64,000 nucleotides of DNA from a virus: positions 96,001 to 160,000 of IMG/VR virus record IMGVR_UViG_3300045988_139374; one strand, given 5' to 3'. Every line of letters begins with the position of its first letter. Position 1 is the stretch's first letter. The notes under the pieces were generated by a model. The model was not told the origin of the DNA and made no database searches. It was given only the letters and a program-made list of their open reading frames with translations. The translations under genes were made by a program, and so were the position numbers. Positions 25,588 to 34,622 of the stretch are shown one piece after another.

Positions 25588-25884
25588 TCAGCAATTAGGG
25601 CAACTGTATTTTGCTTCAAGATCTTCTACTCTCTTCAGTGCCAGTTTACCAATGCCAATCCAGAGAGGATTGCAAACGATCTCGATAGGATTGATATCCT
25701 GCTGATTAGAGAATACAACAGTAAAACTCTCAATCTGCTGATAGAGATATGACTCAGGCTTGAGCTGATAATCAAGAGCATAGCCATCGCAATAGGTTAG
25801 AGGAGTCTTCTGACCCATAGGAATACACTCTGCTTTGATCATTGCCAGGATTTGCTTCCGGTGCTTACTGCTTTTGTTTTTCAT
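25588..25884 (-). CDS. Small hypothetical protein
   Basis: Track ORF 25588..25926. The ATG at 25884 follows GAAAGGAAG and removes the overlap with the upstream gene. Confidence 0.55.
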   Translation of the reverse strand: MKNKSSKHRKQILAMIKAECIPMGQKTPLTYCDGYALDYQLKPESYLYQQIESFTVVFSNQQDINPIEIVCNPLWIGIGKLALKRVEDLEAKYSCPNC

Positions 25885-25901
25885 TTTCTTCTTCCTTTCT
25901 A

Positions 25902-26180
25902 TTACTTCTGCATTCCTGCAGCACATCCGATGAAAATTGGTTTGAGTACTATATGATATTTTCTATTGAAACTAAGGATAATATTATAAAGAGTACTCAA
26001 ACTATACTTAGCTACAAGCAGCGACTTATTAGAAGAGTAGTAATAATAAATCGCGGTAGGAATTCCATCTTCTTTAGGAGGAATAATTTCCAATCCAATA
26101 TAATAGAATTTATTGCTCTTAAAAAGATTGCCAATCCATATGCCTGCAGCTTTAATTAAGATTGCTTTTTCTTCATCCAT
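25902..26180 (-). CDS. Small hypothetical protein
   Basis: ORF track; GAAAGGAAA upstream. The start overlaps the upstream stop (TAATG). Confidence 0.6.
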   Translation of the reverse strand: MDEEKAILIKAAGIWIGNLFKSNKFYYIGLEIIPPKEDGIPTAIYYYYSSNKSLLVAKYSLSTLYNIILSFNRKYHIVLKPIFIGCAAGMQK

Positions 26181-27181
26181 TAATTATTTCCTTTCATATT
26201 GCAATCGGAGAAAGAATTCATGACATCAAGCATATCGTAATGATTATATCCTTTCAGATATGACTGATACTTTATAATGAAATCGAATAGATATGCATCG
26301 TCTTCATATGTGTAAGGATATTCCATACTAAGGCTAAAAGGAGATACAGGCTGATCAATGTCATAAATTACTTTATTTTTTTGATCATAGCAATTAAGAA
26401 GAATCTTAGAAGATTCTTCGACTTTTCTTACGAAATAGATGTTACTATCATCAAGAAAATTTAAGTTATGAGTATCCCATCTAGGCCTTACAATATCTCC
26501 TACTGTAAAATTATGAGTAACGCTATAGGATTTATTAAATAATGGATGGATATCAGGAAAATCTGTGCCCTCCTTAGGTTTGAAATTATCAAAGAAGATC
26601 TGGAGAAGCTCTCCATTACTACCAAGAAGGCAAGAGCATGCTGTATTATCTTTCCCAGATTTATACCGATCTCCTCTAATGATCACAGTTGCATCCAGCA
26701 AATGAAACTGAAGATCGATAAACATCTTATTTGCTGGTTCATCCTTAACACATTTTTCGTTGAAATACTTAATATAATCAATAGCGCAGTCAAAAGAATC
26801 AAATATTCCACCAGGCTCATTACGGATATTATTAAGAGAACTCAACGAAGATTTATTACCCCTATAGACTGTATATACAAGATCAGGATTGCTATTGAGA
26901 TAGTCATATGCAATATCCGATCTTGTAATATATGCGTCAATAGCAGCCTTAATATCTTTATCCTCTGTAAAAGACTTAAGTTGCATAAACAAAAGTCTCT
27001 TATTATCAACAGGAATGTTGGAATCATAGATCATATGAAGTAAAACTTCATCAGTAGTTACTTCTTCATAGAAATCTTTCCTATTGCTTTTGAGACTCTC
27101 ATACATATCTCTCATAGTAAAGGCGAGAATTTCCTTATTATCAATGACGGAATCGATAAAAGCTTTCTTATCCTTGTTCAT
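26180..27181 (-). CDS. Hypothetical protein, paralogue of 27202..28119
   Basis: ORF track; AAAGAAAGGAAAA upstream. Shared N-terminal pattern, for example KAAIDAYITRSDIAYDY vs RKTIDAYIKCRKYEYDL. Confidence 0.7.
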   Translation of the reverse strand: MNKDKKAFIDSVIDNKEILAFTMRDMYESLKSNRKDFYEEVTTDEVLLHMIYDSNIPVDNKRLLFMQLKSFTEDKDIKAAIDAYITRSDIAYDYLNSNPDLVYTVYRGNKSSLSSLNNIRNEPGGIFDSFDCAIDYIKYFNEKCVKDEPANKMFIDLQFHLLDATVIIRGDRYKSGKDNTACSCLLGSNGELLQIFFDNFKPKEGTDFPDIHPLFNKSYSVTHNFTVGDIVRPRWDTHNLNFLDDSNIYFVRKVEESSKILLNCYDQKNKVIYDIDQPVSPFSLSMEYPYTYEDDAYLFDFIIKYQSYLKGYNHYDMLDVMNSFSDCNMKGNN

Positions 27182-27201
27182 AATGCATTTTCCTTTCTTT
27201 A

Positions 27202-28119
27202 TTAAACAAGATCAATATACTGAATCGGGAAACCTTCTGCCAATGCAGTCTTTTTATTGTTATTACGAACAACTGCATTGTGGCCAACAAAAGAATTGTC
27301 ATTCAAATATGCAATGATATAATTCTCTTTCTCAGTTACATCGCAAAGGCCTCTGGTATAGAAGCTATTATAGACCTTTACCTTTTTATTAGGAATGAAC
27401 TTATCGATGCCTTTGAACTTGAAAAGATGATCGTAAGGAATCTCTACAGATTCACTGTAATCAAAGATAGGATATTTCTTTTCAGAAGGACTATGCTCAT
27501 CGACTCTAAAGTCATAGATGAAGAGATCGATGATATGGCCATCTTTATTAAAGTAAATATCTCCATTAGAGCAATCAAGATCTTCATACTCCTCTTTGAA
27601 AAGCAGAGTTTTAGATACCATATAGAACAACTGATAGCTAGTATCATGAGTATCTTCTTCATCTTCTCGATACTGTTCGTGATCAAGAATGATCATTGCT
27701 TGTGCAGCATCAAGATCAATTGCTGTACAAATAAATCTGTTACACTGACCCTGATGATTGCTTAACTCCTCAATGCATCTGTCTGTATGTTTCTCATGAT
27801 ACTTCATAGAGTAAACATTATAGACAAATTTCATTCCCTGACCAGTTTTCTTTCTAATAAGATCATACTCGTATTTTCGACACTTAATATAAGCATCGAT
27901 AGTCTTTCTGAATTCTTCATCAGCAAATGCCATCAGATTGGTAAGCAATCTGAACTTATCATTCAGAGTATGCATAGACTCAGTAATGAGAATATACAGC
28001 ATTTCATTGCTTACCAATTTCCAATTATTATTGAAAATCTCTCTCATAGCCTTAGAGGGTACACAGACAGAATCGTTGATGATAGATTTGATAAATTGTT
28101 CCTTGTTTGTAATACTCAT
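27202..28119 (-). CDS. Hypothetical protein, paralogue of 26180..27181
   Basis: Track ORF 27202..28137. The ATG at 28119 follows GAAAGGAAG. Confidence 0.7.
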   Translation of the reverse strand: MSITNKEQFIKSIINDSVCVPSKAMREIFNNNWKLVSNEMLYILITESMHTLNDKFRLLTNLMAFADEEFRKTIDAYIKCRKYEYDLIRKKTGQGMKFVYNVYSMKYHEKHTDRCIEELSNHQGQCNRFICTAIDLDAAQAMIILDHEQYREDEEDTHDTSYQLFYMVSKTLLFKEEYEDLDCSNGDIYFNKDGHIIDLFIYDFRVDEHSPSEKKYPIFDYSESVEIPYDHLFKFKGIDKFIPNKKVKVYNSFYTRGLCDVTEKENYIIAYLNDNSFVGHNAVVRNNNKKTALAEGFPIQYIDLV

Positions 28120-28177
28120 TTTAGTACTTCCTTTCATATTAAGAAAATTATTCGGTGAAGATCATTCCATAAATCTT

Positions 28178-28193
28178 CACTATTATAATATCT
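28178..28193 (-). promoter_or_regulatory. Promoter-like 16-mer AGATATTATAATAGTG (site d)
   Basis: Complement of 28178-28193. About 59 nt upstream of the 28119 start, at the head of the leftward 28119-25024 cassette. Confidence 0.45.
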
Positions 28194-28257
28194 AATTAAA
28201 ATAAAATATTTAATGGTATAAAATCAACTAAACTATAATGAGTGAGAGGGTTTAATT

Positions 28258-29070
28258 ATGATTAATCCTGTTAATCTTATCAAATTAGATGATATCAGAG
28301 ATAGCTCTGGTAAAACGTTCCATATAGGACAATTACCTGATTATGATCAAGAAGATTATGACCTTGCAAATCCAAAAGACTTTGAAAGATATGTAAAGGA
28401 CGTTAAATCTGAAGTTCGAGGATCTTTTGAATATAGAGAGATGGTCAAATATCTTAGAGAATATTGTGGAATGGATAGATCTGGGCTTAATCCTGATATT
28501 ACTAATAATGATAGCAAACGTGTAAAAATTGAAATTCATCATACTCCATTTGTATTGGAAGATATAGTACGAATTGTTTATGAAAAGAGACTAGCTAATC
28601 ATGAAGACCTTTCTGTAGAAATGGTTGCTAAAGAAGTAATGGCTTGCCACTATAGATGTATTATAGGATTATATCCTCTTACAGCTACAGAGCATGAATT
28701 GGTCCATAATGGATATTTATTTATTCCGCCGTCTAAAGTATTTGGTAGATATGATTTATTTATGCAAGAATATGCTCCTTATATAGATCCTGCTGATAAA
28801 GAAACTATTGAAGAAATAGAAGGTCATGAAAAATCATTTAATCCTGAAGAGCAAAATATGCTACTATCTCAGTCTAATATTTACTTAGATCCGGAGGGTG
28901 CATATCAAGTTCCTCAACTAGACCAATTTAGTCAATCTATTTCTAATAGAATTGATATGATTAAAGATAATATGTATGCTTTGCCAACTATGCAAGAAGC
29001 ACAGCAATTACCTGTACATCAACAAGATATAGAAGCTATAACTTTTCTAGACGATTCTAGCAGTAATTAA
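28258..29070 (+). CDS. Hypothetical protein; paralogue of 2376..3242
   Basis: ORF track; GAGAGGG upstream. First gene of the long rightward block. See 2376..3242 for the shared motifs. Confidence 0.7.
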   Translation: MINPVNLIKLDDIRDSSGKTFHIGQLPDYDQEDYDLANPKDFERYVKDVKSEVRGSFEYREMVKYLREYCGMDRSGLNPDITNNDSKRVKIEIHHTPFVLEDIVRIVYEKRLANHEDLSVEMVAKEVMACHYRCIIGLYPLTATEHELVHNGYLFIPPSKVFGRYDLFMQEYAPYIDPADKETIEEIEGHEKSFNPEEQNMLLSQSNIYLDPEGAYQVPQLDQFSQSISNRIDMIKDNMYALPTMQEAQQLPVHQQDIEAITFLDDSSSN

Positions 29071-29086
29071 AAGGAGGAAAACTAAT

Positions 29087-29587
29087 ATGAATTATGAAGC
29101 TCCTATTCTAGAGGAAGTTGAAATTCCTAGAGATTGTCATGTATATTTCCAAGATCCTGTAGATCTTAAGATTCAGAATGATAATAATCAGAGTGATATG
29201 AAGGTTGTTCTTCATGATGATGAAGATCCTACTGATTCTACTTCTAGTGACATTCCTGTACATACTCCTGATGAAAAACCTCCCGTTGAAGCTAATAGTC
29301 CTATTGAGGCTATTAGTAAACTAAGAATGGATCCTCGTAATGTTATGATTGCCAAATATGGTGATAATTATTACGTTGATCACAATGATCTTAAGTGCTA
29401 TATGGATGCATGTAAGGAAACTAAGTATGAAAATGCGCTAAATAATATCATTAAGGTTCATGAAGACGATGATATTAGTGCTTCTAATATTAGAGTCATT
29501 ATGACTAAATCCGATTATAGTGCAATGAGTGAATCTACCAAGAACAAAATTAACGAATCTTCTGTTAGTTTTGATATCTATGGTTGA
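29087..29587 (+). CDS. Acidic protein with one copy of a roughly 65-aa repeat domain
   Basis: ORF track; AAAGGAGGAAAA upstream. The domain PIEAISKLRMDP..IAKYGDNYYVDHNDLKCYMD...LNNIIKVHEDDDISASNIRVIM recurs twice in the next gene. Confidence 0.7.
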   Translation: MNYEAPILEEVEIPRDCHVYFQDPVDLKIQNDNNQSDMKVVLHDDEDPTDSTSSDIPVHTPDEKPPVEANSPIEAISKLRMDPRNVMIAKYGDNYYVDHNDLKCYMDACKETKYENALNNIIKVHEDDDISASNIRVIMTKSDYSAMSESTKNKINESSVSFDIYG

Positions 29588-29643
29588 TTATAAATTATCC
29601 GGATAATATATTTTATATTCTTTTGCAAAGGAAGGTATATCTT

Positions 29644-30366
29644 ATGCTAAACTTTTTTGATGAATCTGATGAGATGACCATGGCTGTTCAGGTTGGTCCT
29701 GACTCTGAGGTTGTTGCTTCTTCTGAAGATGAGAAGATCGATAATCCTATCTCTGCTGCTAAGAGTGATCCTGAGACTATTTCTGTTGCTAAGTGCAATG
29801 AAAGCTATTATGTTGACTGCAAGGATGTTGTTAAGTACGCTAAGATTGCAGAAAGCAATCTGATGGATTCTTTGAACAAGATCATTGCTTGCAATGAAGG
29901 TGTTAGTGCTCAGAATCTGTTCGTTGTTGTTGATGAGAGCACTATGAAGTATGTCCCCGGTCTGGAGAGATATGGCGTTCAGTGCACTCAGTACATTGTT
30001 CGTGAAAGTGATGGCGTCGATGATGTCGAGATGGATGTCCAAGTTGGTCCCAATGAGGATGAAGTCAAGGTGTCTGAGGATCCCCAGGTTGTCAATCCTG
30101 TAGATGCTGTCAAGCGTGAGTATAACAATGTCGTCGTTGCTAAGACTCCTGATGACAAGTTCTTCACTGATGTTGAGGATGTGCAGAAGTGTGCAGAGCT
30201 GAAGTGTGAGAGTGTAGTTGAGACTCTGAATGGCATTATTGCTGCTAATGAAGGCATGAGTGCTCAGAATCTGAGTGTCCTGATTCATCCGAATACTTCT
30301 AAGGAAGTTAAGGATCTGATGGAAAGTGCCGGTGTCAATATGGTTATTGATACGGACGAAATTTAA
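29644..30366 (+). CDS. Acidic protein with two copies of the same repeat domain; GC-richer codon usage
   Basis: Track ORF 29584..30366. The ATG at 29644 follows AAGGAAGG. Repeats: NPISAAKSDPETISVAKCNESYYVDCKDV...LNKIIACNEGVSAQNLFVVV and NPVDAVKREYNNVVVAKTPDDKFFTDVEDV...LNGIIAANEGMSAQNLSVLI. Confidence 0.7.
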   Translation: MLNFFDESDEMTMAVQVGPDSEVVASSEDEKIDNPISAAKSDPETISVAKCNESYYVDCKDVVKYAKIAESNLMDSLNKIIACNEGVSAQNLFVVVDESTMKYVPGLERYGVQCTQYIVRESDGVDDVEMDVQVGPNEDEVKVSEDPQVVNPVDAVKREYNNVVVAKTPDDKFFTDVEDVQKCAELKCESVVETLNGIIAANEGMSAQNLSVLIHPNTSKEVKDLMESAGVNMVIDTDEI

Positions 30367-30385
30367 CTCCGATCATTTAAATAAT

Positions 30386-30411
30386 GGTGCTATGGAGCAA
30401 TCCATAGCACC
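30386..30411 (+). terminator. Intrinsic terminator
   Basis: Stem GGTGCTATGGA/TCCATAGCACC with loop GCAA, followed by TCTTTTT. Confidence 0.75.
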
Positions 30412-30439
30412 TCTTTTTATATAAATTTAAATCGTTTTT

Positions 30440-30467
30440 TTGACTATAAATTAATAATTACTAAATA
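30440..30467 (+). promoter_or_regulatory. Sigma-70/SigA-type promoter candidate (TTGACT - 16 nt - TAAATA)
   Basis: TTGACT at 30440-30445 and TAAATA at 30462-30467, about 18 nt upstream of the 30486 start codon. Confidence 0.35.
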
Positions 30468-30485
30468 TAAGGAGGAATTCAAATA

Positions 30486-31268
30486 ATGGCTATATTTACA
30501 GAATATACTTGCTTAAATTGGTTTAATGAATCTTCATATAAGCCAATTATTTCTTGGGAAGAAGTAGAAGATATTTTAAATATTTGTAAATCATTTATAG
30601 ACAAGCACCAATTTCTAAGATCATGCACTACATATACTACAAAAGAAAAATATGATAAATATGCAGCTGAAGCATCTACTCCTGAATATTCTAAAACCAA
30701 TGGCAAATATCATAATTTTACTATATGCTCTGTTGATGTAAAGAATAAATCTAAAGGAGCAGTAGATGCTGTTGCAAATCTTCAAAAAGAAATATTTGAA
30801 TATCGTAAGAAAACAAAGAAAGATTTTTATATCGGTGGTGGAGATGGAAAATTATTTATACGAATCCTTAAGATTGATAATGAATATATAGCGAGAACTA
30901 AAATCCCACAAGTTCTTAAGAATATTATTAAAAGGATTAAAGAACTAGATAAGCAATATCATGCAAAATACAAGAATGAATGCTATTATAAAATTACTAT
31001 TCTAACTCAAGCTAAAATTAAAGAAAATATTAGTGACGAATTAGAAGGTTCTGAATTTGCAACCGTAGATATTATCGATGTTAAAGATGATAAAAAATGG
31101 AAAGATCCAAATTTGTCAAGAACTGAATTTATTGATCAAGTAAATTCAAGATGGCAAATATTTGGTGATCTAATAAATGATATTCAAAAAGAATTTAAAG
31201 GATATATTGACTACGATGGAGACAAATTTGATGCTCAAATTTATTTTATAAATAAAGATAATGAATAA
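30486..31268 (+). CDS. Hypothetical protein, MAIFTE-family member 1
   Basis: ORF track; AAGGAGGAA upstream. N-terminus MAIFTEYTCLNWF. Confidence 0.7.
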   Translation: MAIFTEYTCLNWFNESSYKPIISWEEVEDILNICKSFIDKHQFLRSCTTYTTKEKYDKYAAEASTPEYSKTNGKYHNFTICSVDVKNKSKGAVDAVANLQKEIFEYRKKTKKDFYIGGGDGKLFIRILKIDNEYIARTKIPQVLKNIIKRIKELDKQYHAKYKNECYYKITILTQAKIKENISDELEGSEFATVDIIDVKDDKKWKDPNLSRTEFIDQVNSRWQIFGDLINDIQKEFKGYIDYDGDKFDAQIYFINKDNE

Positions 31269-31303
31269 TATAATCATTAAATTTAATGGAGTGATTAAAA
31301 GAG

Positions 31304-31338
31304 ATGGCTATTTTTACTGAAGAATATTGTGTAAATAT
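31304..31338 (+). repeat. 35-nt exact repeat, copy 1 (ATGGCTATTTTTACTGAAGAATATTGTGTAAATAT)
   Basis: Identical to 31752-31786. The identity ends exactly where the reading frame of this gene breaks. Confidence 0.9.
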
Positions 31339-31740
31339 ATTCTTGAAGGTAAATCTTCATATTCATTTCATGGAATTACTTTAGATTGCTCTGATGCAGA
31401 AAATCCTGAAAAAGTTATTTCTTTTGCAAATAAATATTATCAGGAAATTGAGAGGCAAGCTGCTGAATCTATTTGGAAAGATATGGATAATGATTATGAC
31501 TATTATGGTAATAAACCTCAAAAAGCTGCTCTAGATTCATTCTTTAAGAAATATCCTAAATATAAAGATATAATTCCTATTCTTCAACTTAAGAAAGGCT
31601 TTATTGATGAAGATGATTGTCTAAGCATCTACTTTAATATAAAGGATGATCCTACTGGTTCTAAAAGAATGTTAAATTTATATATTAAATTTAGCAGTTC
31701 TGGAAATATGAAAATTATTGATATTGACTTTGATAGATAA
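31304..31740 (+). pseudogene. MAIFTE-family member 2 with a frame break after codon 12 (pseudogene, mis-assembled base or recoding)
   Basis: ATG at 31304 (GGAGTGA upstream) gives MAIFTEEYCVNIFLKVNLHIHFMELL and stops at 31384. The long ORF (track 31327..31740, TTG start, no SD) lies in the -1 frame. Confidence 0.5.
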
Positions 31741-31751
31741 GGAGAATTATA

Positions 31752-31786
31752 ATGGCTATTTTTACTGAAGAATATTGTGTAAATAT
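31752..31786 (+). repeat. 35-nt exact repeat, copy 2
   Basis: Identical to 31304-31338. Confidence 0.9.
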
Positions 31787-32159
31787 GCTCGATGAATTTA
31801 ATAACAGAGTAGAAGGAATTGAATTTACTCCTGAGCAGATTCAAAAGATTTGTGAGGATTGTAAATCTATTCCACTAAGTATTGCTGAAAGTTATCTTAT
31901 TGAGGCTTCTACAAATTCTAAATTGAATAAAATTGGTCTAAATGGTGCAACACCTGCAATAAATGCTGCTGCGAATGAAATTGTGGATACATGCAAGGCT
32001 CATGGTATTAATTCTGAGTCCAAAAAGAAAATTCATAATATTATTTCTGATATGTTTAAATCTATTGCTAATAAGATAGATGCAAGTATATCTAAAAATT
32101 ATCCAAAGCTAGAAGGTAATTCCAAAAATATCCAGAAAGCATATTCTCTAATTGGATGA
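31752..32159 (+). CDS. Hypothetical protein, MAIFTE-family member 3
   Basis: ORF track; AAGGAGAA upstream. Confidence 0.7.
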   Translation: MAIFTEEYCVNMLDEFNNRVEGIEFTPEQIQKICEDCKSIPLSIAESYLIEASTNSKLNKIGLNGATPAINAAANEIVDTCKAHGINSESKKKIHNIISDMFKSIANKIDASISKNYPKLEGNSKNIQKAYSLIG

Positions 32160-32192
32160 AGAGCTGTTATAGAAATTCTACTTTCTCTTGTA

Positions 32193-32609
32193 TTGAATAA
32201 AATGCTTGGTGGTTTTGGATATACTATTTATAGCTATATTGCTGAGCCCATTATATCTGAAGCTGCAAAAGCGATTGCTGTAAAAGGTAATTTCGATAAA
32301 GAATATATTGCAGTCTGTGGCTTGTATGCAATGGCACCTATTGTGGCATTTAAGATTGCAGGTGAAAAGAAGAGTAGTATAGCAGTTTTTGCAAAGAGCA
32401 CTGTTGTAAACTTTGGATTGAATGCCATCACTCAATTAATTCAGCATGTTATGAATAGTGATAAATTCAAAGATAAGTTTAATATTGATAAGAATAATAA
32501 AGATAGTAATGATAAATGCACATTTGCATCTTATATTATTTCTACATTGATTCATTCTTCTTGGAAAATTATTCCCGATGCAGTTTTCCGTGCTTCGCTT
32601 CATATTTAA
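32193..32609 (+). CDS. Hypothetical, probably membrane-associated protein
   Basis: ORF track (TTG start; ATG at 32202). No good SD. Hydrophobic segments AVCGLYAMAPIVAFKIAG and IAVFAKSTVVNFGLNAI. Confidence 0.5.
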   Translation: MNKMLGGFGYTIYSYIAEPIISEAAKAIAVKGNFDKEYIAVCGLYAMAPIVAFKIAGEKKSSIAVFAKSTVVNFGLNAITQLIQHVMNSDKFKDKFNIDKNNKDSNDKCTFASYIISTLIHSSWKIIPDAVFRASLHI

Positions 32610-32614
32610 ATGAG

Positions 32615-32650
32615 AATAAGAGGTAGCAAAATATTTTGCTACCTCTTATT
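32615..32650 (+). terminator. Intrinsic terminator
   Basis: 17-nt arms AATAAGAGGTAGCAAAA/TTTTGCTACCTCTTATT followed by TTTTTATT. Confidence 0.75.
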
Positions 32651-32691
32651 TTTTATTGAATTTCACATTAAATTAAAAGGAGGATATCATT

Positions 32692-34602
32692 ATGGAATAT
32701 CTTAATGAAGTGTATTTTGGTAAAGAATCTATTAAGCCTTTTCAAGATGCATTTTCCAAAGTTAGAGCTAAGCTAAGAAATAAGCCTGTTACTTCTACTA
32801 CTAATCAAGATCCTGAAATTTTGAAATTTAATAGAGTAGCAGAGAATACATTTGGCTTCAGATCTTTTGCTCTATATATTCAGCCTGATAATTCTTATAA
32901 TGCTGGAGCTTATCCTATTGATAATTTCTATACCGAAGAGGAAAAGAAAGAACTTCTAAAAAATCTTATTTCTAATCCTACTGGATTTAAATATAAGAAA
33001 GTATTTCCTGGAGTTTGTTTTGTTATGACTATTAATAGTGGTCTATTTAATTCTGAAGATTTTTCTGATGAAGAATTGATTGCTGTTACTCTTCATGAAG
33101 TCGGTCATAGCTTCTTTGAAGCGGTCATGAATAAAGATAGTAACTATACTTCTGCTAGACGTCTTAATGGACTAATTTCTAAGGTTAATGATCTTATCAA
33201 AGATAAGATAAAATCTGGTAAAGCTGTTACTATTGAGATTATCAATACTGAACTTAATAAATTTAACTCTGCCATTACTAGTGTAAGACGAAATCTTACT
33301 AAGCTTCTTCCTAAATTCTTTAAAGAATCTATGGAAGATAATATGAAACGATCTCGTTTTGATTATACAAATGAAAAATTTGCAGATACATTTGCTGCAA
33401 TGTTTGGATATTCCGATGAGCTTCATACATGCCTTACCAAGATTACCAATAAAGTCTATTATGATTATTATGGTATTCGTACTTATCCTAAATTTGTAGA
33501 ATACTTCAAAGCATATATTCTTTACTTTAATGATTTTCTTGCTTATGTAACTGATGTTCAAGATGAGCATCCTGCAGATCTTGCTAGAATTAAAGTTTCT
33601 ATCGAGTATCTAAAGAGAGAAGTTGCTAAAGAAGGTATCGATCCTAAAACAAAGAAGGAGCTAATTGATCAAATTAGTAAGCTAAATAAGCTTATTGATG
33701 ATTATATTAATTTCCCGAAGGATAAAGATGCAATGCGAGTTATTCGTCTCTACTATACAATGCTTTATAAGAAATTTGGTGGAGATAGGCGTGAACAAGA
33801 TACAGATAATGATGCTCTATTCCAAGGTATCGATGATAGATACGATGAAGTAAAAGAAGATGCTGTAATTGAAGCTAGTAATTATTCTGATACAGATATC
33901 TTTCTAGATGTACTTTGTGCTTCTGCAGATAATTATAATGAAGGTGCGATTGATAATATTAAGAAAGACATTCTTAATGTAACAGATCTATGGAAACAAT
34001 GGGAAAAGAGTACTGGGTCTTTCGTTAAGCATAAATGGATTTATAGATACATTGATGAAAAACAAAAAGCTGCTCTTCAAAAGCATATGGATGTTGTTTG
34101 TGCAGAGAAGCCTTTTTATAGTGCTTATAAAAGATCCTTTAATGCTATCTGTAAATTTGTTGGTCTTCCTAATGATTCTGTTATTCTTGAAAATGTAGTC
34201 TTCAAGAAAGACGAAAAGGATAAAGATCAAGATATTATTGCAGTTAAGTATTCTAAGGGTAAAGTAAAAGTTACTATTCCTGAAGGTATTCAATTGATTC
34301 ATACTACACCTGCTGCTGGAATTAAAGAACTTATTCCTTCGTTCAAATCTAAAGTTGCTGGTAAGTATATGTATCCAACTCGTAGAGTCTTCTTTTCTTG
34401 TATTAATCCTATTGCTGCAACTCAAGCAGGACTTGAGGGTAAGAAACTAGTAAGATTTACACCTAAAGAACGTATTACAACTGCTTATATTGATCCTACT
34501 TATAGTGAATTTTCTAGTAATTCTGTTTACGTAGAAACTGAAAGACCTATTCCTGTAGAATCTTTCCGTACATTCATTGATAAGCTATTTCATAAATCTT
34601 AA
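32692..34602 (+). CDS. Zinc-metallopeptidase-like protein (HEXXH; M48-like EXXADXXA) with a C-terminal domain shared with the next gene
   Basis: AAAGGAGGA upstream. TLHEVGHSFFE, and about 90 residues later NEKFADTFAAMFGY. C-terminal block VTIPEGIQLIHTTPAAGIKELIPSFK...AYIDP...VYVETERPIPVE. Confidence 0.6.
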   Translation: MEYLNEVYFGKESIKPFQDAFSKVRAKLRNKPVTSTTNQDPEILKFNRVAENTFGFRSFALYIQPDNSYNAGAYPIDNFYTEEEKKELLKNLISNPTGFKYKKVFPGVCFVMTINSGLFNSEDFSDEELIAVTLHEVGHSFFEAVMNKDSNYTSARRLNGLISKVNDLIKDKIKSGKAVTIEIINTELNKFNSAITSVRRNLTKLLPKFFKESMEDNMKRSRFDYTNEKFADTFAAMFGYSDELHTCLTKITNKVYYDYYGIRTYPKFVEYFKAYILYFNDFLAYVTDVQDEHPADLARIKVSIEYLKREVAKEGIDPKTKKELIDQISKLNKLIDDYINFPKDKDAMRVIRLYYTMLYKKFGGDRREQDTDNDALFQGIDDRYDEVKEDAVIEASNYSDTDIFLDVLCASADNYNEGAIDNIKKDILNVTDLWKQWEKSTGSFVKHKWIYRYIDEKQKAALQKHMDVVCAEKPFYSAYKRSFNAICKFVGLPNDSVILENVVFKKDEKDKDQDIIAVKYSKGKVKVTIPEGIQLIHTTPAAGIKELIPSFKSKVAGKYMYPTRRVFFSCINPIAATQAGLEGKKLVRFTPKERITTAYIDPTYSEFSSNSVYVETERPIPVESFRTFIDKLFHKS

Positions 34603-34622
34603 TGAAAGGAGTCTGATATATA

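Noticed and set aside
29647-30288. Long antisense ORFs opposite the GC-richer genes (29647..30288 -, 53783..54343 -, 62356..62919 +) and opposite the acidic linker (6731..7393 +, 6747..6977 +).
   Set aside because: None has an SD or a plausible start context, and their translations are low-information. The sense-strand genes carry SDs, terminators and recognisable repeats. The shadow ORFs follow from reduced stop-codon frequency in GC-richer or biased sequence.
31334-31345. A programmed -1 ribosomal frameshift joining MAIFTEEYCVN to the 31327 ORF.
   Set aside because: There is no X XXY YYZ slippery heptamer and no obvious downstream stimulatory structure. The frame break coincides with the end of a 35-nt duplication, which points to recombination or an indel.
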